Source: an uncultured Pelagibacteraceae bacterium
Lineage (GTDB): Bacteria; Pseudomonadota; Alphaproteobacteria; Pelagibacterales; Pelagibacteraceae
Reading direction: 5' to 3'
Length of the DNA stretch: 64,000 nucleotides
NCBI GenBank assembly: GCA_902595115.1
Contig: CACJOS010000002.1
Coordinates: 34,378 to 98,377 of the forward strand
In this document: one piece after another, positions 10,613-20,286 of the stretch
Position numbering within the stretch: the first letter of the stretch is position 1
How the letters are laid out: the number at the start of each line of letters is the position of its first letter
Notes under the pieces: generated by a model
The model's database searches: none
Seen by the model: the letters and a program-made list of their open reading frames with translations, nothing else
What the model was told of the DNA's origin: nothing
Made by a program: the position numbers and the translations under genes

Positions 10613-11065
10613 TTATCTAATTAAATCTTTAAAGAATAAATATATATCCTTTAGACTTTCATAAAAATTTATCATTAAGAAATCAAAGCCAGGAAGTATA
10701 TTGTTAATTTGAAATCTAAAGGTATCTAATACTATTATAAAAGCTATCAAGCTTATAATAAATAAAAAGAAAAGATTTAATAAATTATAATTAGAAGCAT
10801 TTTTATAAATTGCAACATTATCTTTGGATTTTATATTTTCTGCATCTTTGATTATTTTATCGACTTCATTAGGAATATTTTCTAGTGGATTAATTTTCTT
10901 AATTTTAACTACCTTTTTTTTATCCATGTCATCTTTATTAAAATTTTCTAATTTGTAATGCCATTTACGCCCACATGAACCACACTTTAACAGTCTTCCT
11001 TCTGGAGGAATTAATGAAGCATCAACATTAAATTTTTTTTTGTCACAAGGGCATGTAATTATCAT
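10613..11065 (-). CDS. Zinc-ribbon (MJ0042-type) membrane-anchored protein
   Basis: MIITCPC...GRLLKCGSCGRKW plus C-terminal TM helix. Confidence 0.75.
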   Translation of the reverse strand: MIITCPCDKKKFNVDASLIPPEGRLLKCGSCGRKWHYKLENFNKDDMDKKKVVKIKKINPLENIPNEVDKIIKDAENIKSKDNVAIYKNASNYNLLNLFFLFIISLIAFIIVLDTFRFQINNILPGFDFLMINFYESLKDIYLFFKDLIR

Positions 11066-11159
11066 TTTATCTTTTATACCAGATTCTTATCAAATTTCTT
11101 TTATTTTTGATCTATTTATACTTTGAAATTAACCTTATCTACTGTATTAGTATCACAAT

Positions 11160-11236
<77 letters not shown>

Positions 11237-11241
11237 TTTTT

Positions 11242-11523
11242 ATGAAAAAAGCTTTAATCTATAAACCAACAAAAACATCCATGCAATCGGGAAGAGCTAA
11301 AACCAAAAAATGGATATTGAAATTTAAAGACAAAAAAACTGGTATAAATCCTTTAATGGGATGGGAAAGTTCCACTAATACTGATAGTGAAGTAAATCTT
11401 GAATTTTCAACTGTAGAAAATGCAATTAAATATGCAAAAAAAAATAAAATTAATTATGAAGTGGTTGAGCCAAAAATTAGAAAAATAATTAAAAAATCTT
11501 ACGCTGATAATTTTACAAAATAA
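11242..11523 (+). CDS. ETC complex I subunit (NDUFS4-like)
   Basis: IYKPTKTSMQSG, NPLMGW, KSYADNF. Confidence 0.9.
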   Translation: MKKALIYKPTKTSMQSGRAKTKKWILKFKDKKTGINPLMGWESSTNTDSEVNLEFSTVENAIKYAKKNKINYEVVEPKIRKIIKKSYADNFTK

Positions 11524-12521
11524 TGTTTAAATTTTTTACTGATAAACGATGGCATATGTGGAGTATTGGTGGAACTGTACTTATTCTCGTAGCAACTTGG
11601 TATCAAGTTCAACTTGATGTTAGAATTAATGAGTGGTTTGGTGAGTTTTATGATACTTTGCAAAAAGCTCTTGCTGAACCTGGTGCTGTCTCTGAAAAAG
11701 AATTTATTGCATATCTATTTACATTCGCAAAGATTGCAGCTGTATACATATTAGTTGTAATCTTTAGTGACTATTTCACTAGTCACTGGACATTTAGATG
11801 GAGAACCGCAATGGCTGATTTTTACCATGATAAATGGGATTTTGCGTCTTCAATAGAGGGAGCTTCACAAAGAGTTCAGGAAGACACTCTTAAATTTGCG
11901 AGAATAATGGAAGGACTTGGGGCTGAGCTTTTGAGAAGTGTAATGACGCTAATTGCATTTACACCAATACTTTGGGGGCTTTCAAAAAGTATTACTGTAC
12001 TTCCTTGGATTGGTGAGGTGAATCACGCATTGGTTTGGGTTGCTATTATTTCAGCACTAGGAGGCACATTTATACTTGCGGCGGTTGGTATAAAACTTCC
12101 TGGTATTGAATATGATATTCAAAAAGAAGAGGCAGCATATAGAAAAGAATTAGTTTTAGGTGAAGATTTTAAAGAAAGTGCCAGACCTGAAAAAATAGAT
12201 AACCTTTATGGAGGTGTAAGAAAAATACATTATAAAATGTATTTTCATTATTTATATTTTAATGCAGTAAAATGGAGTTATCTTCAAGGTATGGTAATAG
12301 TTCCTTACTTAGCATTAGCGCCAACAATTGTAACTGGCGCAATTACACTTGGATTTGTTCAGCAAATAATAAGAGCATTTGGAAGAGTAGAGACATCACT
12401 TCAGTATTTAGTCAGAAGTTGGCCAATTATTGTTGAATTAATTTCTGTTTGGAAAAGGTTAAATGAATTTGAAAATAAACTTAAAGTAAATTTAGAAAAA
12501 ACTTCGAAAGAAAATATTTAG
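11523..12521 (+). CDS. SbmA/BacA-like peptide transporter
   Basis: FRWRTAM, IEGASQRVQEDT, EAAYRKELV, IVELISVWKRL. Confidence 0.88.
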   Translation: MFKFFTDKRWHMWSIGGTVLILVATWYQVQLDVRINEWFGEFYDTLQKALAEPGAVSEKEFIAYLFTFAKIAAVYILVVIFSDYFTSHWTFRWRTAMADFYHDKWDFASSIEGASQRVQEDTLKFARIMEGLGAELLRSVMTLIAFTPILWGLSKSITVLPWIGEVNHALVWVAIISALGGTFILAAVGIKLPGIEYDIQKEEAAYRKELVLGEDFKESARPEKIDNLYGGVRKIHYKMYFHYLYFNAVKWSYLQGMVIVPYLALAPTIVTGAITLGFVQQIIRAFGRVETSLQYLVRSWPIIVELISVWKRLNEFENKLKVNLEKTSKENI

Positions 12522-13471
12522 TGTCTTTAGATAAAAAACTTGTTGCCGATATGGTCAAAATTACTTCAAGTGCAGCCATTTCATGTTTAAAATTTTTAGG
12601 TAAAAATGATAAAGAGTTAGTTGATAAAGCAGCAACTGATTCTATGAGAAACGAAATTAATAAACTTAAAATTAATGGTGTTGTTGTAATAGGTGAGGGT
12701 GAACTGGATGAAGCCCCAATGCTTCATATAGGAGAAAAATTAGGAGCTGGTGGAAATTTGGAATTAGATATCGCTGTTGATCCGCTTGAAGGTACAAATT
12801 TTGCTGCTAAAAATTTACCTGGTGCTTTATCTGTAATATCAATTGCTGAAAAAGGAAATTTATTTAATGCGCCAGAAACATATATGGATAAACTTGCCGT
12901 ATCAGGTAAAGTTCCTTTTGAAGCAACAGATTTGGATTTTTCTCTTGAAAAAAATATACAAAATATTGCAGATTCAATGAACAAAGATATTAAAGACGTA
13001 ACTGTATGTTTATTAGATAGACCAAGGCATAAAGAAATTATAACTAAACTGAATGATATGAAAACTAAAATAAAGTTAATAACAGATGGTGATGTGTCAG
13101 GGGCCTTATTAGTTACTGATGATAAATATAGCGTAGATATTTTTTTAGGGATCGGTGGTGGTCCAGAAGGAGTACTTGCTGCGTCTGCAATTGATGCACT
13201 AGGATGTAAATTTCAAGGTAGATTTCTTTTTAAAAATGAAAAAGATATTTCTAGGGCTAAAAAGATGGGAATTAATGATTTAAACAAAAAGTATGATTTA
13301 AAAGAAATTGTAAAGGGCGACAGTATTTTCTGTGCAACTGGTATCACGAATGGTGATTTAGTAAATGGAGTTAATATTAAAGATAACAAATATATAACAG
13401 AAACTTTTGTTACACATAAAAGCACGAATATGAGCAAAACTGTTGTAAGTGAAGACACTATAAAAACTTGA
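12521..13471 (+). CDS. glpX: Fructose-1,6-bisphosphatase class II
   Basis: VIGEGELDEAPML, DPLEGT, DGDV, GGGPEGV, ATGIT. Confidence 0.95.
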   Translation: MSLDKKLVADMVKITSSAAISCLKFLGKNDKELVDKAATDSMRNEINKLKINGVVVIGEGELDEAPMLHIGEKLGAGGNLELDIAVDPLEGTNFAAKNLPGALSVISIAEKGNLFNAPETYMDKLAVSGKVPFEATDLDFSLEKNIQNIADSMNKDIKDVTVCLLDRPRHKEIITKLNDMKTKIKLITDGDVSGALLVTDDKYSVDIFLGIGGGPEGVLAASAIDALGCKFQGRFLFKNEKDISRAKKMGINDLNKKYDLKEIVKGDSIFCATGITNGDLVNGVNIKDNKYITETFVTHKSTNMSKTVVSEDTIKT

Positions 13472-13506
13472 TAAATTTTATTTTTTGCAATAAAAGATGC
13501 AAATTT

Positions 13507-13581
13507 GGTCCCTTCGTCTATCGGTTAGGACACATGGTTTTCATCCATGAAAGAGGGGTTCGATTCCCCTAGGGACCGCCA
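13507..13581 (+). tRNA. tRNA-Glu (TTC)
   Basis: GGTCCCT acceptor, anticodon arm CATGG-TTTTCAT-CCATG, GGTTCGATTCC, CCA end. Confidence 0.97.
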
Positions 13582-13838
13582 TGATGTTTTATCACGTATA
13601 TTTAATCATTTGTAAAAACAAAAATAAGACAATTTCTTATGTAGGATATACAAATAACATTAATAATAGAATCAAATTACATAATAATGGAAAGGGAGCC
13701 AAATTCACCAAAGGTAGAAAATGGAAGTTAATTTATTCTAAAAAGTTTTTATCAAAAAAGATAGCAATGAGAGAAGAATATAAGCTTAAAAAAAATTATA
13801 AACTTAGGAAAGAAATTAAATCTAATGCTAAAGTTTAA
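13581..13838 (+). CDS. GIY-YIG nuclease family protein (UPF0213-like); start may be 13584
   Basis: HVYL...YVGYTNN...RIKLHNNGKGAKFTKGR...AMREEY. Confidence 0.88.
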   Translation: MMFYHVYLIICKNKNKTISYVGYTNNINNRIKLHNNGKGAKFTKGRKWKLIYSKKFLSKKIAMREEYKLKKNYKLRKEIKSNAKV

Positions 13839-14412
13839 AAAAATAAAAGGTAATTTAATCCATCCAACTGCTGTAATTAATTGGAAATCTTTAATCATTG
13901 GTACAGGTAATACTATAGGACCATATGTGGTAATTGGTAATCAAGCACAATGGAAAAATAAAAAAAATAGTGGAAAAATAGTAATTGGTAATGGTAATGT
14001 TTTTAATGAATATACAAATATACACTTACCTACATCTATTAAAAAAAAAACCCATATAGGAAATAACAATTATATAATGAACTCAACAACAATCGATCAT
14101 GATTGCTTTTTAGAGGATGATGTTATTTTAAGTAGCAATGTTATTCTTGGTGGTAACATCCATATAATGAAAAATGCTAATCTAGGCATAAAGACGATTG
14201 TACATCAAAATCAAGTTATAGGATCATTTTCAATGATAGGAATGGGATCAATAATAACAAAAAATAAAAGAATTTTACCAGGTTATATGTATTATGGCAA
14301 ACCTGTAAAAAAAATTAGAAAAAATATTTTAAGTTTAAAAAAGAATAAAATTAATGATAAAAATTTAAAAAGTGAACATGTAAGATTTAAAAAAATTTTA
14401 AAAAATATATGA
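13825..14412 (+). CDS. LpxA-like left-handed beta-helix acyl/acetyltransferase
   Basis: IHPTAVI, hexapeptide repeats, DHDC, VHQ. Confidence 0.8.
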   Translation: MLKFKKIKGNLIHPTAVINWKSLIIGTGNTIGPYVVIGNQAQWKNKKNSGKIVIGNGNVFNEYTNIHLPTSIKKKTHIGNNNYIMNSTTIDHDCFLEDDVILSSNVILGGNIHIMKNANLGIKTIVHQNQVIGSFSMIGMGSIITKNKRILPGYMYYGKPVKKIRKNILSLKKNKINDKNLKSEHVRFKKILKNI

Positions 14413-16487
14413 AAGATATTGCAATATTATTACCATATAAGGAAAACTTTACAGAAAAAAGTGCTGGGGCCGCATCAATTTGGGTAAAAGATTATTTAAA
14501 TAAAAGTCAATTAAAAAAAAGATCATTAGTTTTTGGTAATCTTGAAGATAATTCCAAACCATTATTAAAAAACTTTAAAAATCTGAAAATTGGAAATTCT
14601 TTCGTTAAAAAAAATATATCTTATACAAATAAATTATATAAAGAATATCTTAAATATAATTTTAAAATTATTGAAATTCATAATAGACCTGAATCGTTAC
14701 TTTATTTAATTAAAAAAAAAGTAAAAGCTAAACTTATTTTTGTTTTTCATAATAACCCCCAAGATTTAAGAGCATCATCATCAATTAAAGAAAGAATATT
14801 TATTGCTGAAAATACAGATCAAATTTATTTTGTTAGTAAATGGGTAAAAAATAAATTTTTTGAAGATTTACCATATGATCACCGAAACAATACAGACATT
14901 CTTTACCCTGCTATTAATCCAATTAAAATTTTTCCCCCCAAAAAAAAATTGATAATTTTCACTGGAAAACTTAATTCATCAAAAGGCTTTGATATTTATT
15001 GTAAAGCTGTAATTAAAATATTAGATAAATTTAAAGATTGGAGAGCTTTAGCTATAGGTAATGAGCCTAGAGAAAAATTTAATTTTAAACATGATCGTTT
15101 TAAAGTTTTAGATTGGGTTACTCATGATAAGATATTAAATTATTATAAAAAGTCATCTATTTCTGTCGTTCCGTCTAGATGGCAAGAACCATTCGGTAGA
15201 ACCGCAATGGAATCTGCTGCTTATGGTTGTGCAACGATTACTTCTTTAAAAGGTGGTTTGCCTGAAACATTTGAAAATTCCTTATTTATTAAAAAAATAA
15301 ATGAACAAGAACTGTATAAAATAATTCAAAAACTTATTAAAAATAATAATTATAGAAAATATATTCAAAATCTTAATTTTAAAAATGTTAAACACAAGCT
15401 TGATGATCATGTTGATAAAATTGATAGTGTAAAAAATTTTTTTTTAAATTCTAATTTTAATTTTAATAAAGGTTCGAAGCTTAAAATATTACACATATCT
15501 ACATTTGATGAAAGAAGTGATCATCGTTTATTTAATATATCTATTGCAAATAAACTTTCAAAAGGTTTTATTAGAAATGAACATGATGTAATAAATTTTA
15601 GTTATAGAAATTACTTATCCAAAAATTTAGTAACGAAAAATAATTCACATATTAATGAAAAAATTATAAATATAGCAGATAATTATCGACCAAATTTAAT
15701 TATTTTAGGCCACAATAACATATTAGAGTATGAAACAATATACGAAATTAAATCCAAGTATAATTCAAAAATAATTTTATGGTATGAAGACGCTTTAGGA
15801 TTTAGAGGGGAGGGCCCTAACTGGAAAAATAATCTAAATTTAATTGAAAATAATAATGAATTGATAGATCAATATTATTTGACTACGCATCCTGACGAAA
15901 TAGATACTAAAATAAATAAAAAAAAACTTAATTATTTACCAATTCCTGTAGACCCAAATATAGAAAATTTGAAGATTTATGAATATAAAAATAGGTATAA
16001 AGATTTATTCTTTGCGCTAAGCCATGGGGTAAATTTTGGAAAACTCAAGAAAGGTAAAAGTGATGAACGTGAAATATTTATTAATCAACTAATGAAAATA
16101 TTTCCTAATGTTAAATATAATATCTTGGGTGTATCAAATGAACCACCTAAATGGAATTACAATTTTTATAAAGAATTAATTAAATGTAAAATGTCATTAA
16201 ATTTAAGTAGGGGTAAACCTTTAAAATTTACATCGAGTAACAGAATCGCTGCCCTAATTGGGAATGGAATTTTTACTTTTATAGATGAAAAGACAAAATT
16301 TAAGCATTTTTTTAATGAAAATGAAGTTGGATTTTATAAAAATTTAAATGATTTAGGACATAAGATTGAATACATGTTAAGTAATCCTAAAAAAATAAAT
16401 GAGTATGGTAAAAACGGTAAGTCAAAATATTTCAAACTATTCAACAACAAAATAATTACGAAAAATATTATTGAAAATACATTTTAA
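14409..16487 (+). CDS. Two-module glycosyltransferase (GT4 plus GT-B/CgeB-like)
   Basis: EIHNRP, PSRWQEPFGRTAMES (GT4); second module with LNLSRG, SSNRI. Confidence 0.85.
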   Translation: MKDIAILLPYKENFTEKSAGAASIWVKDYLNKSQLKKRSLVFGNLEDNSKPLLKNFKNLKIGNSFVKKNISYTNKLYKEYLKYNFKIIEIHNRPESLLYLIKKKVKAKLIFVFHNNPQDLRASSSIKERIFIAENTDQIYFVSKWVKNKFFEDLPYDHRNNTDILYPAINPIKIFPPKKKLIIFTGKLNSSKGFDIYCKAVIKILDKFKDWRALAIGNEPREKFNFKHDRFKVLDWVTHDKILNYYKKSSISVVPSRWQEPFGRTAMESAAYGCATITSLKGGLPETFENSLFIKKINEQELYKIIQKLIKNNNYRKYIQNLNFKNVKHKLDDHVDKIDSVKNFFLNSNFNFNKGSKLKILHISTFDERSDHRLFNISIANKLSKGFIRNEHDVINFSYRNYLSKNLVTKNNSHINEKIINIADNYRPNLIILGHNNILEYETIYEIKSKYNSKIILWYEDALGFRGEGPNWKNNLNLIENNNELIDQYYLTTHPDEIDTKINKKKLNYLPIPVDPNIENLKIYEYKNRYKDLFFALSHGVNFGKLKKGKSDEREIFINQLMKIFPNVKYNILGVSNEPPKWNYNFYKELIKCKMSLNLSRGKPLKFTSSNRIAALIGNGIFTFIDEKTKFKHFFNENEVGFYKNLNDLGHKIEYMLSNPKKINEYGKNGKSKYFKLFNNKIITKNIIENTF

Positions 16488-17470
16488 TAAAGTTTATCTA
16501 AAATTTTTAAAATTTTTCTAGCAAAGTCAATATTTGTGAATGGTTTTTTATTATTTTTAATACATCTAAAAAAATATTTTAACTCATCTAAAAGAGGATT
16601 ATTAGATTTTACTTTTGGCGAATAGTTTTTGCCAAAATATATTTTTGCTTTTTGTCTAAAAAACTTATCATTAAATTCCGAGATTTTTGGATACTCTGCG
16701 TATTTATTATATATCACAATTTTATTATCTTTTTTCATTTCATCGAACAACAACATTTTTTTTTTAGTTACAACTGTTATACGTCGAACTTTATCAGGGT
16801 TTAGCCAGCTATTGTGTATGTCTATATATATATTTTTAAACTTAGCACTAAGATTAGATATATCGGGAAGCTTTTTTTTTAAAATAGGATAACTATTTTC
16901 ACAAAGTTTTTTTGGCAAATCTCCGAGAAAATAATATAATATACTTAAATCATGAGAAGATAAATCATAAGATACACTTACATCATTTCTAATAGGTCCT
17001 AAATTTTGTCTTTGGAACTTTAAATATAATATTCTCCCATTTTTTTTATCAGTAACAAATTTTTTTACAAAATTTATATAGTTATTGAACATATAAATAT
17101 AGCCAAACATAAGAATTTTATTATTTTTTAATTTTTTAAAATAATCAATCTCTTTTAAATTTTTAAGGCCAGGTTTTTCAATAAATATATTTTTTTTATT
17201 TTTTATAAATATTTTTAGCAATTTATAGTTTTTACTTGGAGGGGTGGCTAAAATTATATTTTTAATTTTTTTGTTAACAAGAATGTTTGATAGATTTTTT
17301 TCAATATTTATTAAATTTGGAAATCTTTTTTTTAAAATTTTGCAATTATCTTGATTCTCATCAAAAACATAAATAGACTTTTTAATTGCAATTAGTGATT
17401 TTGCTATATTAGTACCCCAATAACCACAACCAATTAAAGCTGTATCGATTTTTTTAGTATTTTTAGACAT
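16484..17470 (-). CDS. Gfo/Idh/MocA oxidoreductase (WlbA/WbpB-like nucleotide-sugar dehydrogenase)
   Basis: IGCGYWGTN, EKP, DLSSHD, SWLNPDKVR. Confidence 0.85.
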   Translation of the reverse strand: MSKNTKKIDTALIGCGYWGTNIAKSLIAIKKSIYVFDENQDNCKILKKRFPNLINIEKNLSNILVNKKIKNIILATPPSKNYKLLKIFIKNKKNIFIEKPGLKNLKEIDYFKKLKNNKILMFGYIYMFNNYINFVKKFVTDKKNGRILYLKFQRQNLGPIRNDVSVSYDLSSHDLSILYYFLGDLPKKLCENSYPILKKKLPDISNLSAKFKNIYIDIHNSWLNPDKVRRITVVTKKKMLLFDEMKKDNKIVIYNKYAEYPKISEFNDKFFRQKAKIYFGKNYSPKVKSNNPLLDELKYFFRCIKNNKKPFTNIDFARKILKILDKLY

Positions 17471-17505
17471 AAAATTGTAATATTTATTGTATTAAGATTG
17501 TTTTC

Positions 17506-18372
17506 ATGGAATTTTCAATCATTATACCAAGCCATAATAATTACAAATACTGCAAATTAACTATAGATTCTATCAAAAAAAATTCATCATTTAATCATGA
17601 AATAATTGTTCATATAAACGGTGAGGATAATGAAACAGAAAATTATCTCAAAAATGAAAGTATTCTTTATTCTAAATCACATGACAATATTGGTCTATGT
17701 AGTGGTGTTAACAGAGCTTACAAATTAAGCTCTAAAAGTTACATTTTATACTCGCACGATGATATGTACTTTTTACCAAATTGGGACAATGCCTTAATTA
17801 AAGAGATGAAAAATATTAATGATAATAATTTTTATCTTTCTATGACCCAAATATCGCCTACTGGTCCAGTTAAAGGTAGTCTTCAGCACATACAATTTAA
17901 TTGTGGTGAAAATATTGATGTTTTTGATGAAGAAAAACTCTTACAAAATTATATGAGTTTTAAATTTAATGATTTACAGGGAAGTCATTGGGCGCCACAT
18001 CTGATACCAAGAGATTTATGGAAAAGAGTAGGGGGATTTAGCGAAGAATATAATCCAGGCTTTGCCTCTGATCCTGATCTTAATATGAAACTGTGGATAG
18101 AGGGTAATAGAATTTTTAAAAGTGTTTCTAACTCAAGAATTTATCATTTTGGGTCAGTTACCACAAGAAAAAATAAGAATATTATAAGAAATAAAGGGAA
18201 AAAAACATTTTTATTAAAGTGGAAGTTTACAGTTGAATTTTTTACGAAACATTATTTGAGACGAGGTAAAATATTTGATGGACCTTTAGAGAAACCAAAA
18301 ATAAATCTAACTTATCTTATTGATTATATAATCAGTAAAATTAAATATATTACTTATAAATTTTTTAAATGA
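17506..18372 (+). CDS. Glycosyltransferase family 2
   Basis: FSIIIPS, HDD, GGFSE, SDPD, YHFGS. Confidence 0.85.
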   Translation: MEFSIIIPSHNNYKYCKLTIDSIKKNSSFNHEIIVHINGEDNETENYLKNESILYSKSHDNIGLCSGVNRAYKLSSKSYILYSHDDMYFLPNWDNALIKEMKNINDNNFYLSMTQISPTGPVKGSLQHIQFNCGENIDVFDEEKLLQNYMSFKFNDLQGSHWAPHLIPRDLWKRVGGFSEEYNPGFASDPDLNMKLWIEGNRIFKSVSNSRIYHFGSVTTRKNKNIIRNKGKKTFLLKWKFTVEFFTKHYLRRGKIFDGPLEKPKINLTYLIDYIISKIKYITYKFFK

Positions 18373-19298
18373 AAAAAAAACTAACCGTTGAAATAGCTGA
18401 AGGTCTTGGAAATCAAATTTTTATGTATGCTTTTGCTTTTTCAATATCCAAAAAGTATAATTATGACCTCTTTATTGATAACCGTAGTGGGTATTCAAGA
18501 AAAAAGAATTTATTAAGACCTCATCAAATATACATGCTTGATAATTTTAATATTGTTCAAAATATTGCAGATAATCAAATGATTTTTGACACACCTTTTA
18601 AAAGACTTAAAAAAAAAATTCAAATATTTTTAGATAATTTTTCCTACAAAAAAAAATTCTTAATTGAAAAAAAAATTGTTGCAGGTAATAAAAAAAATAT
18701 CGAAAAGATAATTAATGTAGATTCAGATAGAATATCTGATAATCTTTATATTCAAGGAAATTTTGAAAATTCTATCTATTTTAGCAATTTTAAATCTGAG
18801 TTAAGTAAAATTTTAACGCCAAAAAAAAAATTGATTGATATAGATAATCCTTTAATTAACAAAATCAAAAATTCAAACTCTATTTCTTTACATATAAGAA
18901 AAAATAGATTTTCAGATCAAATTGATCTTAAAAGTAGTAAAAATATTCACAAGTCAAATTTTTTTACAGAAAACATTATTAATTATACAAATAAATCAAT
19001 TGATTATATTAATTCAAAAGTTTCAAATCCTGAGTATTTTATTTGGTCAAATGATCATAATAATATTAATGATTATTTAAGTAAAATAAAAATTAAAAAT
19101 TATACTTTAGTGAATAATAATGTAATTAATGATTTTAATTTATTTAGTTATTGTAAACACTTTATTGTTGGACCTTCGTCATTCCATTGGTGGGGCGCAT
19201 GGTTAAATCCAAACCCTAATAAAATTTGTATTAGACCTAAAAATATCAATCCTTCAAATAATAAAAATTTTTGGCCTGAAAATTGGATATCAATTTAA
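18369..19298 (+). CDS. Alpha-1,2-fucosyltransferase-like (GT11)
   Basis: GLGNQIF, LHIR, SSFHWWGAWL, WPENW. Confidence 0.85.
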   Translation: MKKKLTVEIAEGLGNQIFMYAFAFSISKKYNYDLFIDNRSGYSRKKNLLRPHQIYMLDNFNIVQNIADNQMIFDTPFKRLKKKIQIFLDNFSYKKKFLIEKKIVAGNKKNIEKIINVDSDRISDNLYIQGNFENSIYFSNFKSELSKILTPKKKLIDIDNPLINKIKNSNSISLHIRKNRFSDQIDLKSSKNIHKSNFFTENIINYTNKSIDYINSKVSNPEYFIWSNDHNNINDYLSKIKIKNYTLVNNNVINDFNLFSYCKHFIVGPSSFHWWGAWLNPNPNKICIRPKNINPSNNKNFWPENWISI

Positions 19299-20248
19299 AT
19301 TTTCACTTTATTTAATGCATTATTTTTAAATATATTCGCTTCTCTAATGTATCTTCTTACCATCTGAGTTGTTTTATGGCCAGTCATTGCCATAATACTA
19401 CGTTCATCTGCTCCAGCCTCAGCAGCAACCGTTGCAAAACCTGATCTTAAGCTATGTCCTGCAAAGTTTTTATTTTCAATTCCTGCTAAATTTAAATACT
19501 CTTTCATTAATAAAACTACTGATTGGTCGGTTAATCTTTTTTCTGTTAGAGCTAAGCCTTTGGAAAATCTTCTAAATATAGGTCCAGACTTAATTTTAGA
19601 AATTTCTAACCATTTTTTAAGATTCACTACAGGGCAATAAGCTTGATTGGAAAAATAGGGTAGTCCTTTGACCATTCCTTCACCGAATTGATCAGTTTTT
19701 GATCTTCTAATAGTGATTTTAAGACCCTCAGGTACAAATTCTAAATCTTCATGATCAATTGAAATAAGCTCTGTTCGTCTAAAGCCACCTCCAAAGCCTA
19801 CTAGGATAATTGACTTGTCTCTAAATTTCTTTAGATTTTGGATTTTTTGCTCATCTATTACATTAATTATTGATTTTAAATGATTGATTAATATAGGTTT
19901 TTTTCCTTTTTGAATGCTTCCTTTTACCCTTTTTATTCCCATTAAATTTTCAACAATAATTGGATGTTTTGTATCTAAATAATGTCCTTTGAGCTTATGC
20001 ACCATGCTAATCGACACTAATCTTCTTCTTATAGTGCTGATTTTTGAATTTTTTGAAAGATGGGTTAAGTATAAAGAAACAATTTTTGGCTCAGATGGCA
20101 ATGAATTCAAACCATGTTTTACACAAAAAGATCCAAAGTCTTTAAAGTCTGATTTATATGCTCTTAAAGTGTTATTTGCTCTAGAGCTTTTAAGGTTATT
20201 TAAAGTTGCCTCATGAAGCAATTTTAGGTCTGTTGTTAGTTCATTCAT
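19295..20248 (-). CDS. Cre-like tyrosine site-specific recombinase
   Basis: Intact catalytic set: R (FRRTEL), K (SKTDQ), HxxR (HSLR), H (TGH), Y (VRRY). N-terminal NTLRAY core-binding domain; no arm-binding domain. Confidence 0.93.
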   Translation of the reverse strand: MNELTTDLKLLHEATLNNLKSSRANNTLRAYKSDFKDFGSFCVKHGLNSLPSEPKIVSLYLTHLSKNSKISTIRRRLVSISMVHKLKGHYLDTKHPIIVENLMGIKRVKGSIQKGKKPILINHLKSIINVIDEQKIQNLKKFRDKSIILVGFGGGFRRTELISIDHEDLEFVPEGLKITIRRSKTDQFGEGMVKGLPYFSNQAYCPVVNLKKWLEISKIKSGPIFRRFSKGLALTEKRLTDQSVVLLMKEYLNLAGIENKNFAGHSLRSGFATVAAEAGADERSIMAMTGHKTTQMVRRYIREANIFKNNALNKVKI

Positions 20249-20251
20249 ATA

Positions 20252-20286
20252 ATTACTATTGATAACAATTAATTATCATTAGTAAT
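20252..20286. other. lox/dif-like recombination site candidate: 14-bp inverted arms with 7-bp asymmetric spacer
   Basis: ATTACTATTGATAA-CAATTAA-TTATCATTAGTAAT; arms match 13/14; 3 bp upstream of the recombinase ATG. Confidence 0.75.

Noticed and set aside
13581-13838. GIY-YIG ORF as a homing endonuclease or mobile intron
   Set aside because: It is the short stand-alone UPF0213-type protein with no DNA-binding extension, and the adjacent tRNA is uninterrupted.
13507-20248. Prophage or integrative element inserted at tRNA-Glu and mobilised by the recombinase
   Set aside because: No duplicated tRNA-Glu 3' end near the recombinase, no phage or conjugation genes, and the enzyme is Cre-like without an arm-binding domain.
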